Below the pieces are notes generated by a model. That model was given only the letters and a program-made list of their open reading frames with translations, was not told the origin of the DNA and did not search any database. From Thermoanaerobaculia bacterium (GTDB lineage Bacteria > Acidobacteriota > Thermoanaerobaculia > Multivoradales > UBA5704): a stretch of DNA of 64,000 bases. The stretch lies in NCBI GenBank assembly GCA_044226625.1, contig JBGAGQ010000004.1:137851-201850 (forward strand), written 5' to 3'. Below, one piece after another: positions 9,022 to 21,694 of the stretch. Every line of letters starts with the position of its first letter. The first letter of the stretch is position 1. Both the position numbers and the translations under genes were made by a program.

Positions 9022-10068
9022 ATGGCCTGCTGTCCGAATCCGCTCCACTGCATCCTGCCGCCGTACGTCCTCGACCACATGGCCCAGTCGGACGATCCGA
9101 AAGTGCGCAAGCTCGCCGTCGAAGCGATCGCCCGGTCGGCCACCCTGCGCGCCACACGCGTCGCCCTCGCCGACTTTCCGACCGTCGCCTCGCTCGCGGT
9201 TCCGGACACGAGGAAGAACCGCGTCGTCTACGACAACAAGAACAACGGCTCCTCGTTCCTGCCCGGCAAAATCGTCCGCCGCGAGGGCGATCCGAAGTCG
9301 AAGGATCCGGCGGTGAACGAAGCCTACGACCACGCCGGCACCACCTGGGATTTCTACAAGAAGGTCTTCGATCGCAACTCGCTCGACGACCAGGGGATGA
9401 CCCTCGTCTCGAGCGTCCACATGGGGAGCCGCTACAACAACGCGTTCTGGAACGGCCGCCAGATGGCCTACGGCGACGGCGACGGCCAGATCTTCATCCG
9501 GTTCACCAAGTCGCTGGACGTGGTGGGACACGAGCTGACCCATGGCGTCGTCACGTTCACGGCCGATCTCGAGTACCTGAACGAATCGGGTGCGCTCAAC
9601 GAGCATTTCGCCGACGTCTTCGGCTCGCTGGTCAAGCAGTGGAAGAAGAAGCAGAAAGCCGACAAGGCCGATTGGCTGATCGGTCCCGACATCATGGGTC
9701 CGGCCACGACGGCTCGCGCGCTCCGGACCTTCAAGGACGAGAAGGCCTTCGTAAACGACTCATGGCTCGGCACCGACCCGCAGCCGAAGCACCTGGCCGA
9801 CAAGTACAAGGGCACCTCCGACTCGGGCGGCGTCCACATCAACTCCGGCATTCCGAACCACGCCTTTTATCTCGTCGCGCGCGCTCTCGGCGGCTACGCC
9901 TGGGAGCGGGCGGGCAAGATCTGGTTCGGGACGCTCAAGGCGCTCAGTCCCACCAGCCAGTTCGCCGACATGGTCGCGATGAGCGTCCAGACCGCGGGCG
10001 GGCTCTACGGCGCGGGCAGCACGGAAGAAAAGGCGGTCGCCAAGGCCTGGAAAGATGTAGGCTTCTAA
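9022..10068 (+). CDS. M4-family metalloprotease, protealysin-like
   Basis: Short propeptide with CILPPYVL; NNAFWNG, HELTH, GALNEHFAD, GGVHINSGIPN; no signal peptide. Confidence 0.95.
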   Translation: MACCPNPLHCILPPYVLDHMAQSDDPKVRKLAVEAIARSATLRATRVALADFPTVASLAVPDTRKNRVVYDNKNNGSSFLPGKIVRREGDPKSKDPAVNEAYDHAGTTWDFYKKVFDRNSLDDQGMTLVSSVHMGSRYNNAFWNGRQMAYGDGDGQIFIRFTKSLDVVGHELTHGVVTFTADLEYLNESGALNEHFADVFGSLVKQWKKKQKADKADWLIGPDIMGPATTARALRTFKDEKAFVNDSWLGTDPQPKHLADKYKGTSDSGGVHINSGIPNHAFYLVARALGGYAWERAGKIWFGTLKALSPTSQFADMVAMSVQTAGGLYGAGSTEEKAVAKAWKDVGF

Positions 10069-10113
10069 GCCGACGCCCCACTGGATTCCGGGGCGAGCGG
10101 AGGACGCCCCCCG

Positions 10114-10446
10114 ATGACGATTCGCAAGATTCGGTTTCGCCAATCGGGGGGCTTCGCGGGCCTGATCCGCGGCTGCGACCTCGAGCTTTCGTCCCTCGAC
10201 CCTCGCGAACGGACGAAGCTCGAAAAAGCGGTGGAGAAAAGCGGGCTCATCGACGAGCCCTCCGAGGCCGGCGCCAAAACCGGCCGTTCCGCCGCCGCGC
10301 GCGATACGGCGCAGCTCGAGATCGAGATCGAGACCTCGTCCGGCGTAATCCGCCGCGCGCTGGACGAGCTCGATCTACCCCAGCGAGCCGAGCCGCTCGT
10401 CTCGCTGCTCCAGGAGCGTTCCCGTCCCCTTCCTCTCGACCCATAG
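10114..10446 (+). CDS. Emfourin-like protealysin inhibitor
   Basis: IRFRQSGGFAGL N-terminus and ARD-x-YxI-like motif; directly downstream of a protealysin-like gene. Confidence 0.8.
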   Translation: MTIRKIRFRQSGGFAGLIRGCDLELSSLDPRERTKLEKAVEKSGLIDEPSEAGAKTGRSAAARDTAQLEIEIETSSGVIRRALDELDLPQRAEPLVSLLQERSRPLPLDP

Positions 10447-10455
10447 ATTGCACCG

Positions 10456-10890
10456 ATGAGCGAGCAGCCCACCGTCCGACCGGCGCGCCTCGACGACGCG
10501 CCTTCGATCGCCGCCCTCTCCGACCAGCTGGGCTACCCGACCTCTCCCGATCGGATGCGCGAACGGCTGGCCGTGCTGCTCCCTCGCACGGACCAGCAGC
10601 TGTTCGCCGCCGAGCGCGAGGGGCAAATCGTCGGCTGGCTCCACGTGGCCAAGATCGAGATGGTGGAAAGCGACCCGTTCGCCGAGATCTACGGCCTGGT
10701 CGTTCGCGACACCGAGCGCGGACGAGGCATCGGCCCCCTCCTGATCCGTGCCGCGGAAGGTTGGGCAGCCACGCAGGGCTTGCCCAAGGTGCGAGTACGC
10801 TGCAACGTAGTCCGCGAACGGACCCATCGCTTCTACGAGCGCGAAGGCTTCGTCGTGACCAAGTCGCAGAAGATCTTCGACAAGGGCTAA
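10456..10890 (+). CDS. GNAT acetyltransferase
   Basis: LVVxxxxRGRGIG acetyl-CoA motif; HRFYEREGF. Confidence 0.9.
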   Translation: MSEQPTVRPARLDDAPSIAALSDQLGYPTSPDRMRERLAVLLPRTDQQLFAAEREGQIVGWLHVAKIEMVESDPFAEIYGLVVRDTERGRGIGPLLIRAAEGWAATQGLPKVRVRCNVVRERTHRFYEREGFVVTKSQKIFDKG

Positions 10891-10912
10891 GGGACGAAAA
10901 CGCCCCCGAAGA

Positions 10913-11770
10913 CTAGAGCGGCAGAAGCCGGTACGCCGGTGCCAGGAGTACCTTGCCGCGCCGCGCGACGATCAGCGTGTTGCCCCACCCACGGCGCCAG
11001 AGCGGGATGGCGCGCAACGCCTTCCTCAGCCAACCGCGCGGCCCGGAAGGATCGGGCCGGTGCGGAAGCGATCGGTGCTCCAGAATCTCCATTCCCGCGG
11101 CCTTGAGGAAACGGACCATCTGATACGACTGCGCCACGTGGACCGCGTCGGCGTCCGGCACATAGCCCTCCGAGAGAACCCGCGGCTCGGCGACCGTGTC
11201 GAAACGATGACGTCCGTCGACCGCCGAAATCGCCTGGCGCCCTAGCCTCCGCAAGGCCACTTCCAACCGTCGCTTGGGGTCCAGGCTCGGGGGCATCTCA
11301 TACGGCAGGTCCCAGGCCGAGCCGACCAGGAGGAGCAGACCTCCCGGCCGGACGATCCGCGCCGCCTCGAGCAGGGTCCGCCCCGGTTCGGCGAAATGCT
11401 CGAGCGCGTAGGTCGAGAGCACCGCGTCGACGCTCTCCGAGGCGAGCGGCAGGATCTCCCCGTCGCCGCGCAGCCGGAGCGCCACCGGTCGTTTCTTCTC
11501 GCCCGCCATGACGAGCGCGGCCGTCGAGACGTCGAAGCCGACCATCCGTACGCCTTCGGGCATCCAGAGCGAGTTCTCGCACGAGCCGCAACCGAGGTCG
11601 AGAACCACCTGCCCCGGGGCGAGGTACGAGAGAAGCATCCGCCGCTCGAGCGAGGCCTCGGCGTTCGCCGCCTCGGCCTGCTCGTAGTAGTCGCGGCTCC
11701 CGTTCCAGAACTGGTCGAGGCGTCGCTTCGCTTCGGTTGGCGGCGCGGAGGTCGGTTTGGCGGCGGGCAT
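10913..11770 (-). CDS. Class I SAM-dependent methyltransferase
   Basis: VLDLGCG; LPLASESVDAV; LEH; RIVRPGG. Confidence 0.9.
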   Translation of the reverse strand: MPAAKPTSAPPTEAKRRLDQFWNGSRDYYEQAEAANAEASLERRMLLSYLAPGQVVLDLGCGSCENSLWMPEGVRMVGFDVSTAALVMAGEKKRPVALRLRGDGEILPLASESVDAVLSTYALEHFAEPGRTLLEAARIVRPGGLLLLVGSAWDLPYEMPPSLDPKRRLEVALRRLGRQAISAVDGRHRFDTVAEPRVLSEGYVPDADAVHVAQSYQMVRFLKAAGMEILEHRSLPHRPDPSGPRGWLRKALRAIPLWRRGWGNTLIVARRGKVLLAPAYRLLPL

Positions 11771-11820
11771 CGGATCCGAATCCTACCAGGGGGCTGCTAC
11801 CATCGGCCCGGAGGTTGGCC

Positions 11821-13542
11821 ATGGTTCTCGACTTCGATCGTCTCCTTCGCCGCAGGTGCTTTCCCGTCGCTCCGGCGGCTCTGGTGGCCGTCCTCTTCGC
11901 GCTAACGGCCTGCGTCTCGGGAACGTCCCCCGACGCGGCGAAGACCGCACCCAACGGATCCAATACCGCGCCCCCGGCTCGGGCACGAACGGCGGTGCTA
12001 CTCGCGATCAACGACGTCTATCGGATCGAGGGGGTCGAAGGCGGTCGCCAGGGAGACCTCGCCCGCGTCCGCGCGCTTCGCCGAGAGCTCGAACGGGAAC
12101 ATCCCGATCTCCTGTTCCTCCATGCGGGCGACCTCCTCTATCCCTCGTTCGCCAGCCGCATGTACGACGGCGAGCAGATGATCTCGGTGCTCAACCGGCT
12201 CGACGGCTCGGACGAGAGCGACCCGCGGATGTTCGTCACCTTCGGCAACCACGAGTTCGAGAAGCGGAAGAAGAAGGATGCCGGCATCCTCGCCAGCCGC
12301 ATCGCCCAATCTCGCTTCACCTGGTTGGGAAGCAACGTGAACCTCGCGCCCGGCGACGACGGTCGGCCGTTCGCTCCCGTCGGCGCGGTCGAGCGGTCAG
12401 TGCTGGTGACCAGCGGAGGAATCCGGATCGGCCTTTTCGGTATCACGATCCCGACTCCCGAGATCCAATACGCCACGTTCGACCGGCCGAACGAGACCGC
12501 CCGGAAGCTCACCGCCGAGCTTCGGCGCGCGGGTGCCGAGGTGGTCGTCGCGGTCACCCACCTGACCGCGCTCGAAGACCGGGAGATGCTCGAAACCCTC
12601 GGCCCCGACGGGCCCGATCTGATCGTCGGCGGACACGACCACGAGAAGATGGCGTTCGAGGCCGACGGCCGATGGGTGATCAAGGCCGACGCCGATGCGC
12701 GCACCGCCTCGGTGATCACGCTCCGCCTCGACGATCGCCATCGGCTCGACGTCTCCTACGAACATCGGCCGCTCGGCGCCGGCCTACCGCGCTCGCCGGA
12801 GCCCGACCCGGAGGTCCAGACGTTGGTCGACGGCTGGCAGCGGCGCCACGAGCGGGAGTTCTGCGCCAAGAAGAACGCTCCGGAGGACTGCCTCGAAGAG
12901 GTCTACGGCCGGACGCTCACCGAGCTCGAAGGGGAAGAGAACAAGAGCCGAGGCCGCGAAACCTCGCTCGGCGATTGGATCGCCGACCGGATGCTCGAGA
13001 CGTTCGCTCCCTGCGGCGCTCAAGTCGCCTTCCTGAACGCGGGCACCCTCCGCCTCAATCAAGACCTCGCCGCCGGCAGCACTCTCACCCGCCGACAGGT
13101 GGAAGAGCTGATCGGCTTTCCGACCCCCCTCCACCTGATCCGGCTCGACGGCAGACTGCTGCAGCAGACCGCGGAGCAGTCGGTCTACGGCTGGCCGGGA
13201 AGCGGCACCTGGCTCCAGATCGCAGGATGGGCGTTCGTCCATGATGCCGAAAAGAAAGCGGCGACTGGGCTGGGCCGGCTTACGCCAGACGGCGCGGTCC
13301 CGGTTCGATCGGACGACGCGATCCTCGCCGTCACCGGCGATTACCTCGTGAACCCGGGCATCGGCGATCAGGACGGCTACACCTTTCTCCCCACCGAGGA
13401 AGTTCCAGGCTGCCCGGCGAGCGGCAAGGACCTCAAGGACGTGATCATCGAGGCGCTCCGCGCCACCCCGCAGGGCATCGCGCCCCGCGTCGAAGGAAGG
13501 ATCTGCCAGGGGGCCGAAGGCCCCTGCCTGGCGAAGCGCTAA
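11821..13542 (+). CDS. Bifunctional metallophosphoesterase / 5'-nucleotidase family lipoprotein
   Basis: GGAGG before ATG 11821; LTAC lipobox; NDVY, AGD, GNHEF, GGHDH; NAGTLR in the C-terminal domain. Confidence 0.9.
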   Translation: MVLDFDRLLRRRCFPVAPAALVAVLFALTACVSGTSPDAAKTAPNGSNTAPPARARTAVLLAINDVYRIEGVEGGRQGDLARVRALRRELEREHPDLLFLHAGDLLYPSFASRMYDGEQMISVLNRLDGSDESDPRMFVTFGNHEFEKRKKKDAGILASRIAQSRFTWLGSNVNLAPGDDGRPFAPVGAVERSVLVTSGGIRIGLFGITIPTPEIQYATFDRPNETARKLTAELRRAGAEVVVAVTHLTALEDREMLETLGPDGPDLIVGGHDHEKMAFEADGRWVIKADADARTASVITLRLDDRHRLDVSYEHRPLGAGLPRSPEPDPEVQTLVDGWQRRHEREFCAKKNAPEDCLEEVYGRTLTELEGEENKSRGRETSLGDWIADRMLETFAPCGAQVAFLNAGTLRLNQDLAAGSTLTRRQVEELIGFPTPLHLIRLDGRLLQQTAEQSVYGWPGSGTWLQIAGWAFVHDAEKKAATGLGRLTPDGAVPVRSDDAILAVTGDYLVNPGIGDQDGYTFLPTEEVPGCPASGKDLKDVIIEALRATPQGIAPRVEGRICQGAEGPCLAKR

Positions 13543-13572
13543 CGCCTGAACGCGTGAAGAGGGCGGGAAAGG

Positions 13573-14472
13573 CTACCGCCCGCCACCCCGGTACACCTCG
13601 GCCCATCCTTTCGCGCTTCGCTCGAAGATCGAGAAGCGGACCGCGGTGGTCGAGAAGCGGCGGACGATCAGCTCGTAGGAGCCGTCGCGGTCGAGGTCGG
13701 CCGAGGCGAAGAACTCGGAGTCGAAGAAGCCTTCGCCGCTCGAACCAAGCAGCTTGGTGTCCTTCATGAGCTCCGTCACTTTCGGCGTGTCGGCGATCGG
13801 CAGGGTGTCGAGCTTGCGGAAGGAGACCAAGAGCCGCTGCCCCTGGTGGAATTCGAGGTCCTCGGGCGCGAGACGGAACGATCCGAGCCCGGCACCCGAC
13901 GGGGACGGCTCCCAGGAAGCGATTTTCGCGCTCCCCACCTGCCGCCCCTCGTTGTAGAGGTAGACCGTCCGGCCCGGTCGCAGGATCCAGTTGCCGAGGA
14001 ACGAGTAGATCGGATCGCCGGACTGGTCGACCAAGTGGTTGCCGCTCATCACGGTCGCAACGTAATCGGCCGGGCTCTCCGGGTCGCGCGCGAGATGGAG
14101 TGCCCAGATCACGTCGTAGCGGCGGACGATCTTCGCCATCCGCTTCTCGACCTCCGCCTCGGAAAGGAACTCGACGTCCGCCTCGGTGAACCCGGAGTGA
14201 GCGGCCCGGTGCATGCCGTCGACCAGATAGAGCCATGGGGCGCGCACGGCGACCATCTCCCCTTCGCCGGCCTGGAAGTTCCGGCCGCTCTCACCCTCCA
14301 CGTCGAAGGGAAGAGCGCGCGTGAGCCGGGCGAGCCGCACCGGCGGTGTTTCGATCGCCGCGGGGGGCGTCGCGGGGATCGCCGGGGTGGGTGGCTCCGC
14401 CACGGCCGGCCATGAGGAGCCGAACGCCAGGCACCAGGGAACGAAGAGCGAGAAGAATGAAGCGCGTCGCAT
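13573..14472 (-). CDS. Hypothetical exported protein
   Basis: Signal peptide; Pro-rich linker; C-terminal DLDRDGSYEL Ca-binding-like loop. Confidence 0.7.
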   Translation of the reverse strand: MRRASFFSLFVPWCLAFGSSWPAVAEPPTPAIPATPPAAIETPPVRLARLTRALPFDVEGESGRNFQAGEGEMVAVRAPWLYLVDGMHRAAHSGFTEADVEFLSEAEVEKRMAKIVRRYDVIWALHLARDPESPADYVATVMSGNHLVDQSGDPIYSFLGNWILRPGRTVYLYNEGRQVGSAKIASWEPSPSGAGLGSFRLAPEDLEFHQGQRLLVSFRKLDTLPIADTPKVTELMKDTKLLGSSGEGFFDSEFFASADLDRDGSYELIVRRFSTTAVRFSIFERSAKGWAEVYRGGGR

Positions 14473-14539
14473 CGGCCGGCGGATCCTCGAGCAAGTTTCG
14501 AGGACAAACTACCATCGAAGCCGTTTCGGCGGAGCGCCC

Positions 14540-16399
14540 TCATCTCGACGCGCGGCTCTCGATGTATCGGGCGAGGTCGGCATCCCCCTCGGGCTCGGGG
14601 AAAATCCGGTTGCACCGTCGGCGCTGCTGCCACGCGCCATCGATGTCGCCCCGATGCGCGATCACGATCGCCAGATTGCGGCAGGCGATCAGGGCGTGCG
14701 GATCCTTTTCCAGAGCGTTCCGAAGCAGCCCCTCGGCGCGAGGTCCATCCCCTTCGTCCATCGCCTCTCGCGCCTTGGACATCAGTTGGTAAAGGCTCTG
14801 ACTCCTTCGGACCGGAAGCGCCGGAACGACCGGCGAATCCGCACGGACGAGCATGGCGCCGACGAAATCCTCGGCGACCTTGCGCCAACGTCCCGTGGCG
14901 AGCAGCGCATCGACCTGTCCGACCCAGGGCAGCTGGGGGGTCTCCGTCGTGGGCCAGAGGAAGAACCGCGCTCCCGAGCGTTCGACCACCTGGATCCAGT
15001 CGCCGCGCCCGTATTGGACCCGCCGGTACGCTTCGTACGTCGGCCCGTCGAAGACGGTATCCGCCCGGCTGTCGATCGCGACCGGCAGGCGGCCGTCGGT
15101 CCGCCAATGGAGGTAACCACCCCATCCGAAATAGGCGTAGACCGGGCCGCTCCAGCCCGCCCGCTCGGCACGGTCCATCACATCCACCGGAAAGGACTCC
15201 TCCCCCACCAGCAGGGCGAATGTACCCGGGCCGAAGGGATAGCGGGCGAGGCAGGCCGCCAGGATCACACACAAGCCAACCGGAACGCCCAAAAGGAGAA
15301 ATCCGGGCCGCGGAGCAGTCACCTTGCGGCGCGGCGAGGCCTGCGGGTCGGCGCGAAAGACCTCCGCCAGGAGCAGGGCCGCGCCGATGCCGAACAGGGG
15401 AAGGAAGCGGGAGGCCCGGAGAGCCATGCCGCAGGTGAGAAGCGACAGCCCAAGAGCCGCCCAGAGCGGCCGGAGGACCGGCAAGGGCACCCGACCCCGG
15501 AGGCGCCAAAGCGCGGCGACGAGGATCGCGCAATATCCGGTGAGAACGAGGGGAAAAGCCGGAACTCCGATCCCGTCGGGCGAGAAGGGTGACAACCATT
15601 CCTGGAGCGAGTGGAAAGGCGAGGAGGAGGCCGCGAAGCGCCAAGGGAGAAGAAATTGGTAGATCGGCTCCGGATGGATCAAGGTCGCGAGGAACGCCGG
15701 CAGGAGGTAGGACCCGAGCTCCAGCGCGGCCGCGAGGGCGCGAGTGCGTCGTAGAGGTTTGGGCTCCCGCGCGACCGCTACGAGGGCCTCGGCTCCGAGG
15801 AGCACGGCGAGCGCGGCGAGCCCGAACGGCGCGCTCCGGTGAAGGTTCGCCCAGAGGACGAACAACACCCCCAAGGCAATCCGGCCCCGGGAAGTCGAAC
15901 GCGATTCCGACCGCCACCAGGTCAATAGGAGGACGAACGCCAGAAGGCTCAAAAGGTGGGGGCGCAGCTCGACAAACGGCTGGACCATAGCCAGCGCCGC
16001 GATGGAACCGAGCGCGGCGACGGCAAATCGACCGCTTTCGCGCCAGAGGAGACGGAAGAGCAGCACGTAGGTCGCCGCGAGGGTCAGCTGCAGCCAGATC
16101 CAGAGATTCTCGGTCCCCAGGGAATGGGACCAAGCGTAGAGCAGCAGATCGGCCAGCCATTCGTGGTTGTGCCAGATCCGCGTGAGCGGCGGGAACGAGA
16201 AGGGATCGAGGCTCGCCATCTCGCCGGAGATCCAGATCCTTCGCCCCGCGGCGAGGTGCCACCAGAGGTCGGCGTTGCGCATGGGGTGGGAGGAGACGAG
16301 CAGCGCGGCGAGGAGGGCCGCGACGTGCCATGCCAGGGTCGTGAAGCTACGGAGGAGCGTGTCCTCGCCGGGTTTCCGGCCGAGGGGACGGGTCGACAT
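14540..16399 (-). CDS. Polytopic membrane protein (GT-C-like) with C-terminal TPR
   Basis: DLWWHL..G first loop; about 11 hydrophobic segments; WANLH; WGGYL, IDSRAD; TPR-like C-terminus. Start could be 16429. Confidence 0.75.
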   Translation of the reverse strand: MSTRPLGRKPGEDTLLRSFTTLAWHVAALLAALLVSSHPMRNADLWWHLAAGRRIWISGEMASLDPFSFPPLTRIWHNHEWLADLLLYAWSHSLGTENLWIWLQLTLAATYVLLFRLLWRESGRFAVAALGSIAALAMVQPFVELRPHLLSLLAFVLLLTWWRSESRSTSRGRIALGVLFVLWANLHRSAPFGLAALAVLLGAEALVAVAREPKPLRRTRALAAALELGSYLLPAFLATLIHPEPIYQFLLPWRFAASSSPFHSLQEWLSPFSPDGIGVPAFPLVLTGYCAILVAALWRLRGRVPLPVLRPLWAALGLSLLTCGMALRASRFLPLFGIGAALLLAEVFRADPQASPRRKVTAPRPGFLLLGVPVGLCVILAACLARYPFGPGTFALLVGEESFPVDVMDRAERAGWSGPVYAYFGWGGYLHWRTDGRLPVAIDSRADTVFDGPTYEAYRRVQYGRGDWIQVVERSGARFFLWPTTETPQLPWVGQVDALLATGRWRKVAEDFVGAMLVRADSPVVPALPVRRSQSLYQLMSKAREAMDEGDGPRAEGLLRNALEKDPHALIACRNLAIVIAHRGDIDGAWQQRRRCNRIFPEPEGDADLARYIESRASR

Positions 16400-16641
16400 C
16401 GCCAAGAGAGAATCCCTCCTCTCGCCCACCTCGATGAAGGTCGAGGATCGGCCTTGGAGCGAAACCGTTCGTCCCGCGGACGGCGCGGGAGGTCGGATCG
16501 AATCGGCTTCAAAGCGATTGGCGTAGAGCAGAAGAACTTCGAATCACCGAAACGGCGCGGGGAGCGCCGTGCCTTCCACGGTCGAACGCTCCGCGGCGCG
16601 CCTACCTCACGCAGCCGAAGGGAACCCTGTGGACGGCGCCC

Positions 16642-17067
16642 TTACCTCTCGGCGTCCAGGACGACGCTTTCGAGCAGACCGGTGCCCTGCCCGAGACCGA
16701 GCCGGAGATCACCCCAGGGATAGGCGTAGACCTGATAGCGCGGTGAGTTCGGCGGCTGCTGGGCGTTCGGGAACTGGACGTTGAACCTCGCGCCGAAACG
16801 GGCGGTCAGCTCGGCTTGGCGGAGGCCGACCGAGGAGGAATCGAGATCGACGATCAACAAGCCGTCCCGCCGAGTGGCACCGGGGCGGGGCAGCCGCAGC
16901 TCGACGCCGACGACCGGCGGTCGCGTCGAGGCGGATCGAAGAATCGTAAAGTAAGGATTCGTTGTGGAGAGGTCCTCACGCAGACGAACGCCCGTAGTTC
17001 GCTCGACTCCCCATTGGGAAAACGGCCGGGAGTCGATCAGTCGGGCGATGAGATCGAGCACCTCCAT
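16642..17067 (-). CDS. Hypothetical protein
   Basis: 141-aa ORF starting 17 bp after the ppdK stop, with GAGGA upstream. Confidence 0.6.
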   Translation of the reverse strand: MEVLDLIARLIDSRPFSQWGVERTTGVRLREDLSTTNPYFTILRSASTRPPVVGVELRLPRPGATRRDGLLIVDLDSSSVGLRQAELTARFGARFNVQFPNAQQPPNSPRYQVYAYPWGDLRLGLGQGTGLLESVVLDAER

Positions 17068-17084
17068 CCGGAGCGGGTTCCTCG

Positions 17085-19811
<2,727 letters not shown>

Positions 19812-19903
19812 CGCGTCTCCTTCCCCTTCGGTCCAGCTCGCAATCTAGGCCGAATCATAGCGTTCCCGCCCCGCACGACAAGGTGGGGCGAGAGGCCTCC
19901 GGG

Positions 19904-20986
19904 CTAGACTCGCATCAAGACGGATCCCCAGTGGAGCCCCGCGCCGAGCGCGGTCAAGGCGACCAACGCGCCCTCGGGCGCTTTCCCCGCCTGCCGGGCT
20001 TCGTGAAACGCGAGGGGCAACGTCGCCGACGTCGTGTTGCCGAATTTCTGAATGTTGTTCCAGACCTTCGCGTCCGCGAGGCCCAGGGCTTTCTGCGACG
20101 CCTCGTTGATCCGCAGGTTCGCCTGATGCATCACGAGCAGGTCGAGGTCGTCGAGCGTGTAGCCGTGCCTGGCGAGCACCTCCCGCGTCACCTCCGGCAT
20201 GCGGGTGACGGCGAGCTTGAACACCGCTTTGCCGTCCATCACCGGCACCGTCTTCGCCGCGGCGATCATCTCCGCGGTGACGAACGGCCGGTTCGCCGAG
20301 CCACCGCCCGGGACGAACAGGATGTCCTTGTGGTTGCCGTCGCCGTAGAGCGCGGAGCCCAGGATGCCGCGCTCGGCTTCGCCTTCCTTTTTCTCCCAGG
20401 CGCGAAAGACCATCGCCCCCGCGCCATCCCCGAACAGGACGAGCAAGTGGCGGAAGTTCGAGTTCCAGGCGAAATCTTCCGCCGAGAGCGGGCCCGGATC
20501 GCGGCCGTGGAGGACCTCGAACGTGCGCTCGGAAAACGGCATCAACGACGTGTGGACGTCGGTGCCGACGAGGAGCACGGTCTTGGCGAGCCCGCCCCGA
20601 ATCAGGGCGTCGACCAGCTGCAGGCCGTACGCGAAACCGGCGCATTGCTGCCGGATGTCGAGCGTCGGCAGCGCCTTCAATCCGAGCTTCTGCTGGATCA
20701 GCGTCGCCGATCCAGGGAAGTAGTGATCGGGGGTCATCGTCGCGCAGACCAGGTAGTCGACTTCCGCGAGATCGATTCCGGAATCCTGGATGGCCGCGCG
20801 CGCCGCCTCGACACCCAGATCGGACGACCCGACTCCGGGGTCGACGTAATAGCGGGTCTTGATGCCGCTCCTTTCGCGGATCCATTCGTCGCTCGTCTCG
20901 ATGATCCGAGCGAGCATGTCGTTGGTGATCTCGTGGGGGGGAATCGCCACACCGGTTCCGGCGAGGACGGCGCGGTACTCGGGCAT
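19904..20986 (-). CDS. fabH: 3-oxoacyl-ACP synthase III family protein
   Basis: TSDEWI.ERSGI; QCAGF (Cys); LFGDGAGA; HQANLRI; GNT. Confidence 0.92.
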   Translation of the reverse strand: MPEYRAVLAGTGVAIPPHEITNDMLARIIETSDEWIRERSGIKTRYYVDPGVGSSDLGVEAARAAIQDSGIDLAEVDYLVCATMTPDHYFPGSATLIQQKLGLKALPTLDIRQQCAGFAYGLQLVDALIRGGLAKTVLLVGTDVHTSLMPFSERTFEVLHGRDPGPLSAEDFAWNSNFRHLLVLFGDGAGAMVFRAWEKKEGEAERGILGSALYGDGNHKDILFVPGGGSANRPFVTAEMIAAAKTVPVMDGKAVFKLAVTRMPEVTREVLARHGYTLDDLDLLVMHQANLRINEASQKALGLADAKVWNNIQKFGNTTSATLPLAFHEARQAGKAPEGALVALTALGAGLHWGSVLMRV

Positions 20987-21073
20987 CGGAATCGAATCTC
21001 CTTGCGTAGGCGTTGCTTGGGCGCCGATCCTACCAGCATGGCGCTCCGGCCCGGCGAGGAGTGATGGGCGGCC

Positions 21074-21694
21074 TCAGCCCGGTGGGCGCCGCTGCGGACG
21101 GACGGGGGCGCGGCCAGGGGCGAACGGCACCGTGAGCCCCCCCTGCTTGATGAAGCGGAAGTTGCCGAACGGTTTCTTGCCGTCCAAACCGTAGGAAGAT
21201 TTCTCGTCGTAGTGCCAAACCTCGAGCGCCTGGTTGCCGCGCACCGAGGTCATGTCGAAGTCGATCTTGGCGGGCGCCCCGTAAAGCACGAAGAGCGCTC
21301 CGCGGGCTGTATGCCGGCCGAGGATGCCCGCCTCGGAATAGAGACGATCCGCCTCTTCCGAACGGGCGTCGAACACTTCGCGAGCGGGATTGCCTTCGCT
21401 GCCCGGGCTGATATCGCGCCGCTTCCAGAACGACTCGATGAATACGGCGGCCGACTCGTCGTTCTTCAACGCGAGGAACTCGTCGATCTCGCCATCGCTC
21501 GCCATGCGCGAAATCGCCCCGAGCATCCAAGCCGCGTAGTCGGGTCCGAGCAGCGGGTTGGTGAGGTCCTCGTAGCGTCGAGGCTTCGGTTTCGAAGCCC
21601 CCGGGGCCGGCGCGGCGCAGATCCCGAGCCAGGCGATCAGCCCCCCAGCACAGAAGAGGCCACAGAGCAGCCGGCGGGACGACGGCAGGTTCAC
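21074..21694 (-). CDS. GWxTD-domain exported protein
   Basis: Signal peptide; FIESFWKRRD.P..NP, G..TARG...LYGAP, EVWHY; GTGA overlap with folE. Confidence 0.8.
   Translation of the reverse strand: MNLPSSRRLLCGLFCAGGLIAWLGICAAPAPGASKPKPRRYEDLTNPLLGPDYAAWMLGAISRMASDGEIDEFLALKNDESAAVFIESFWKRRDISPGSEGNPAREVFDARSEEADRLYSEAGILGRHTARGALFVLYGAPAKIDFDMTSVRGNQALEVWHYDEKSSYGLDGKKPFGNFRFIKQGGLTVPFAPGRAPVRPQRRPPG

Noticed and set aside
14109-16331. 740-aa Arg/Pro-rich ORF (and similar 47882..49795, 11757..13244, 59920..61302)
   Set aside because: Alternative-frame ORFs overlapping better-supported genes; composition is typical of off-frame GC-rich DNA.
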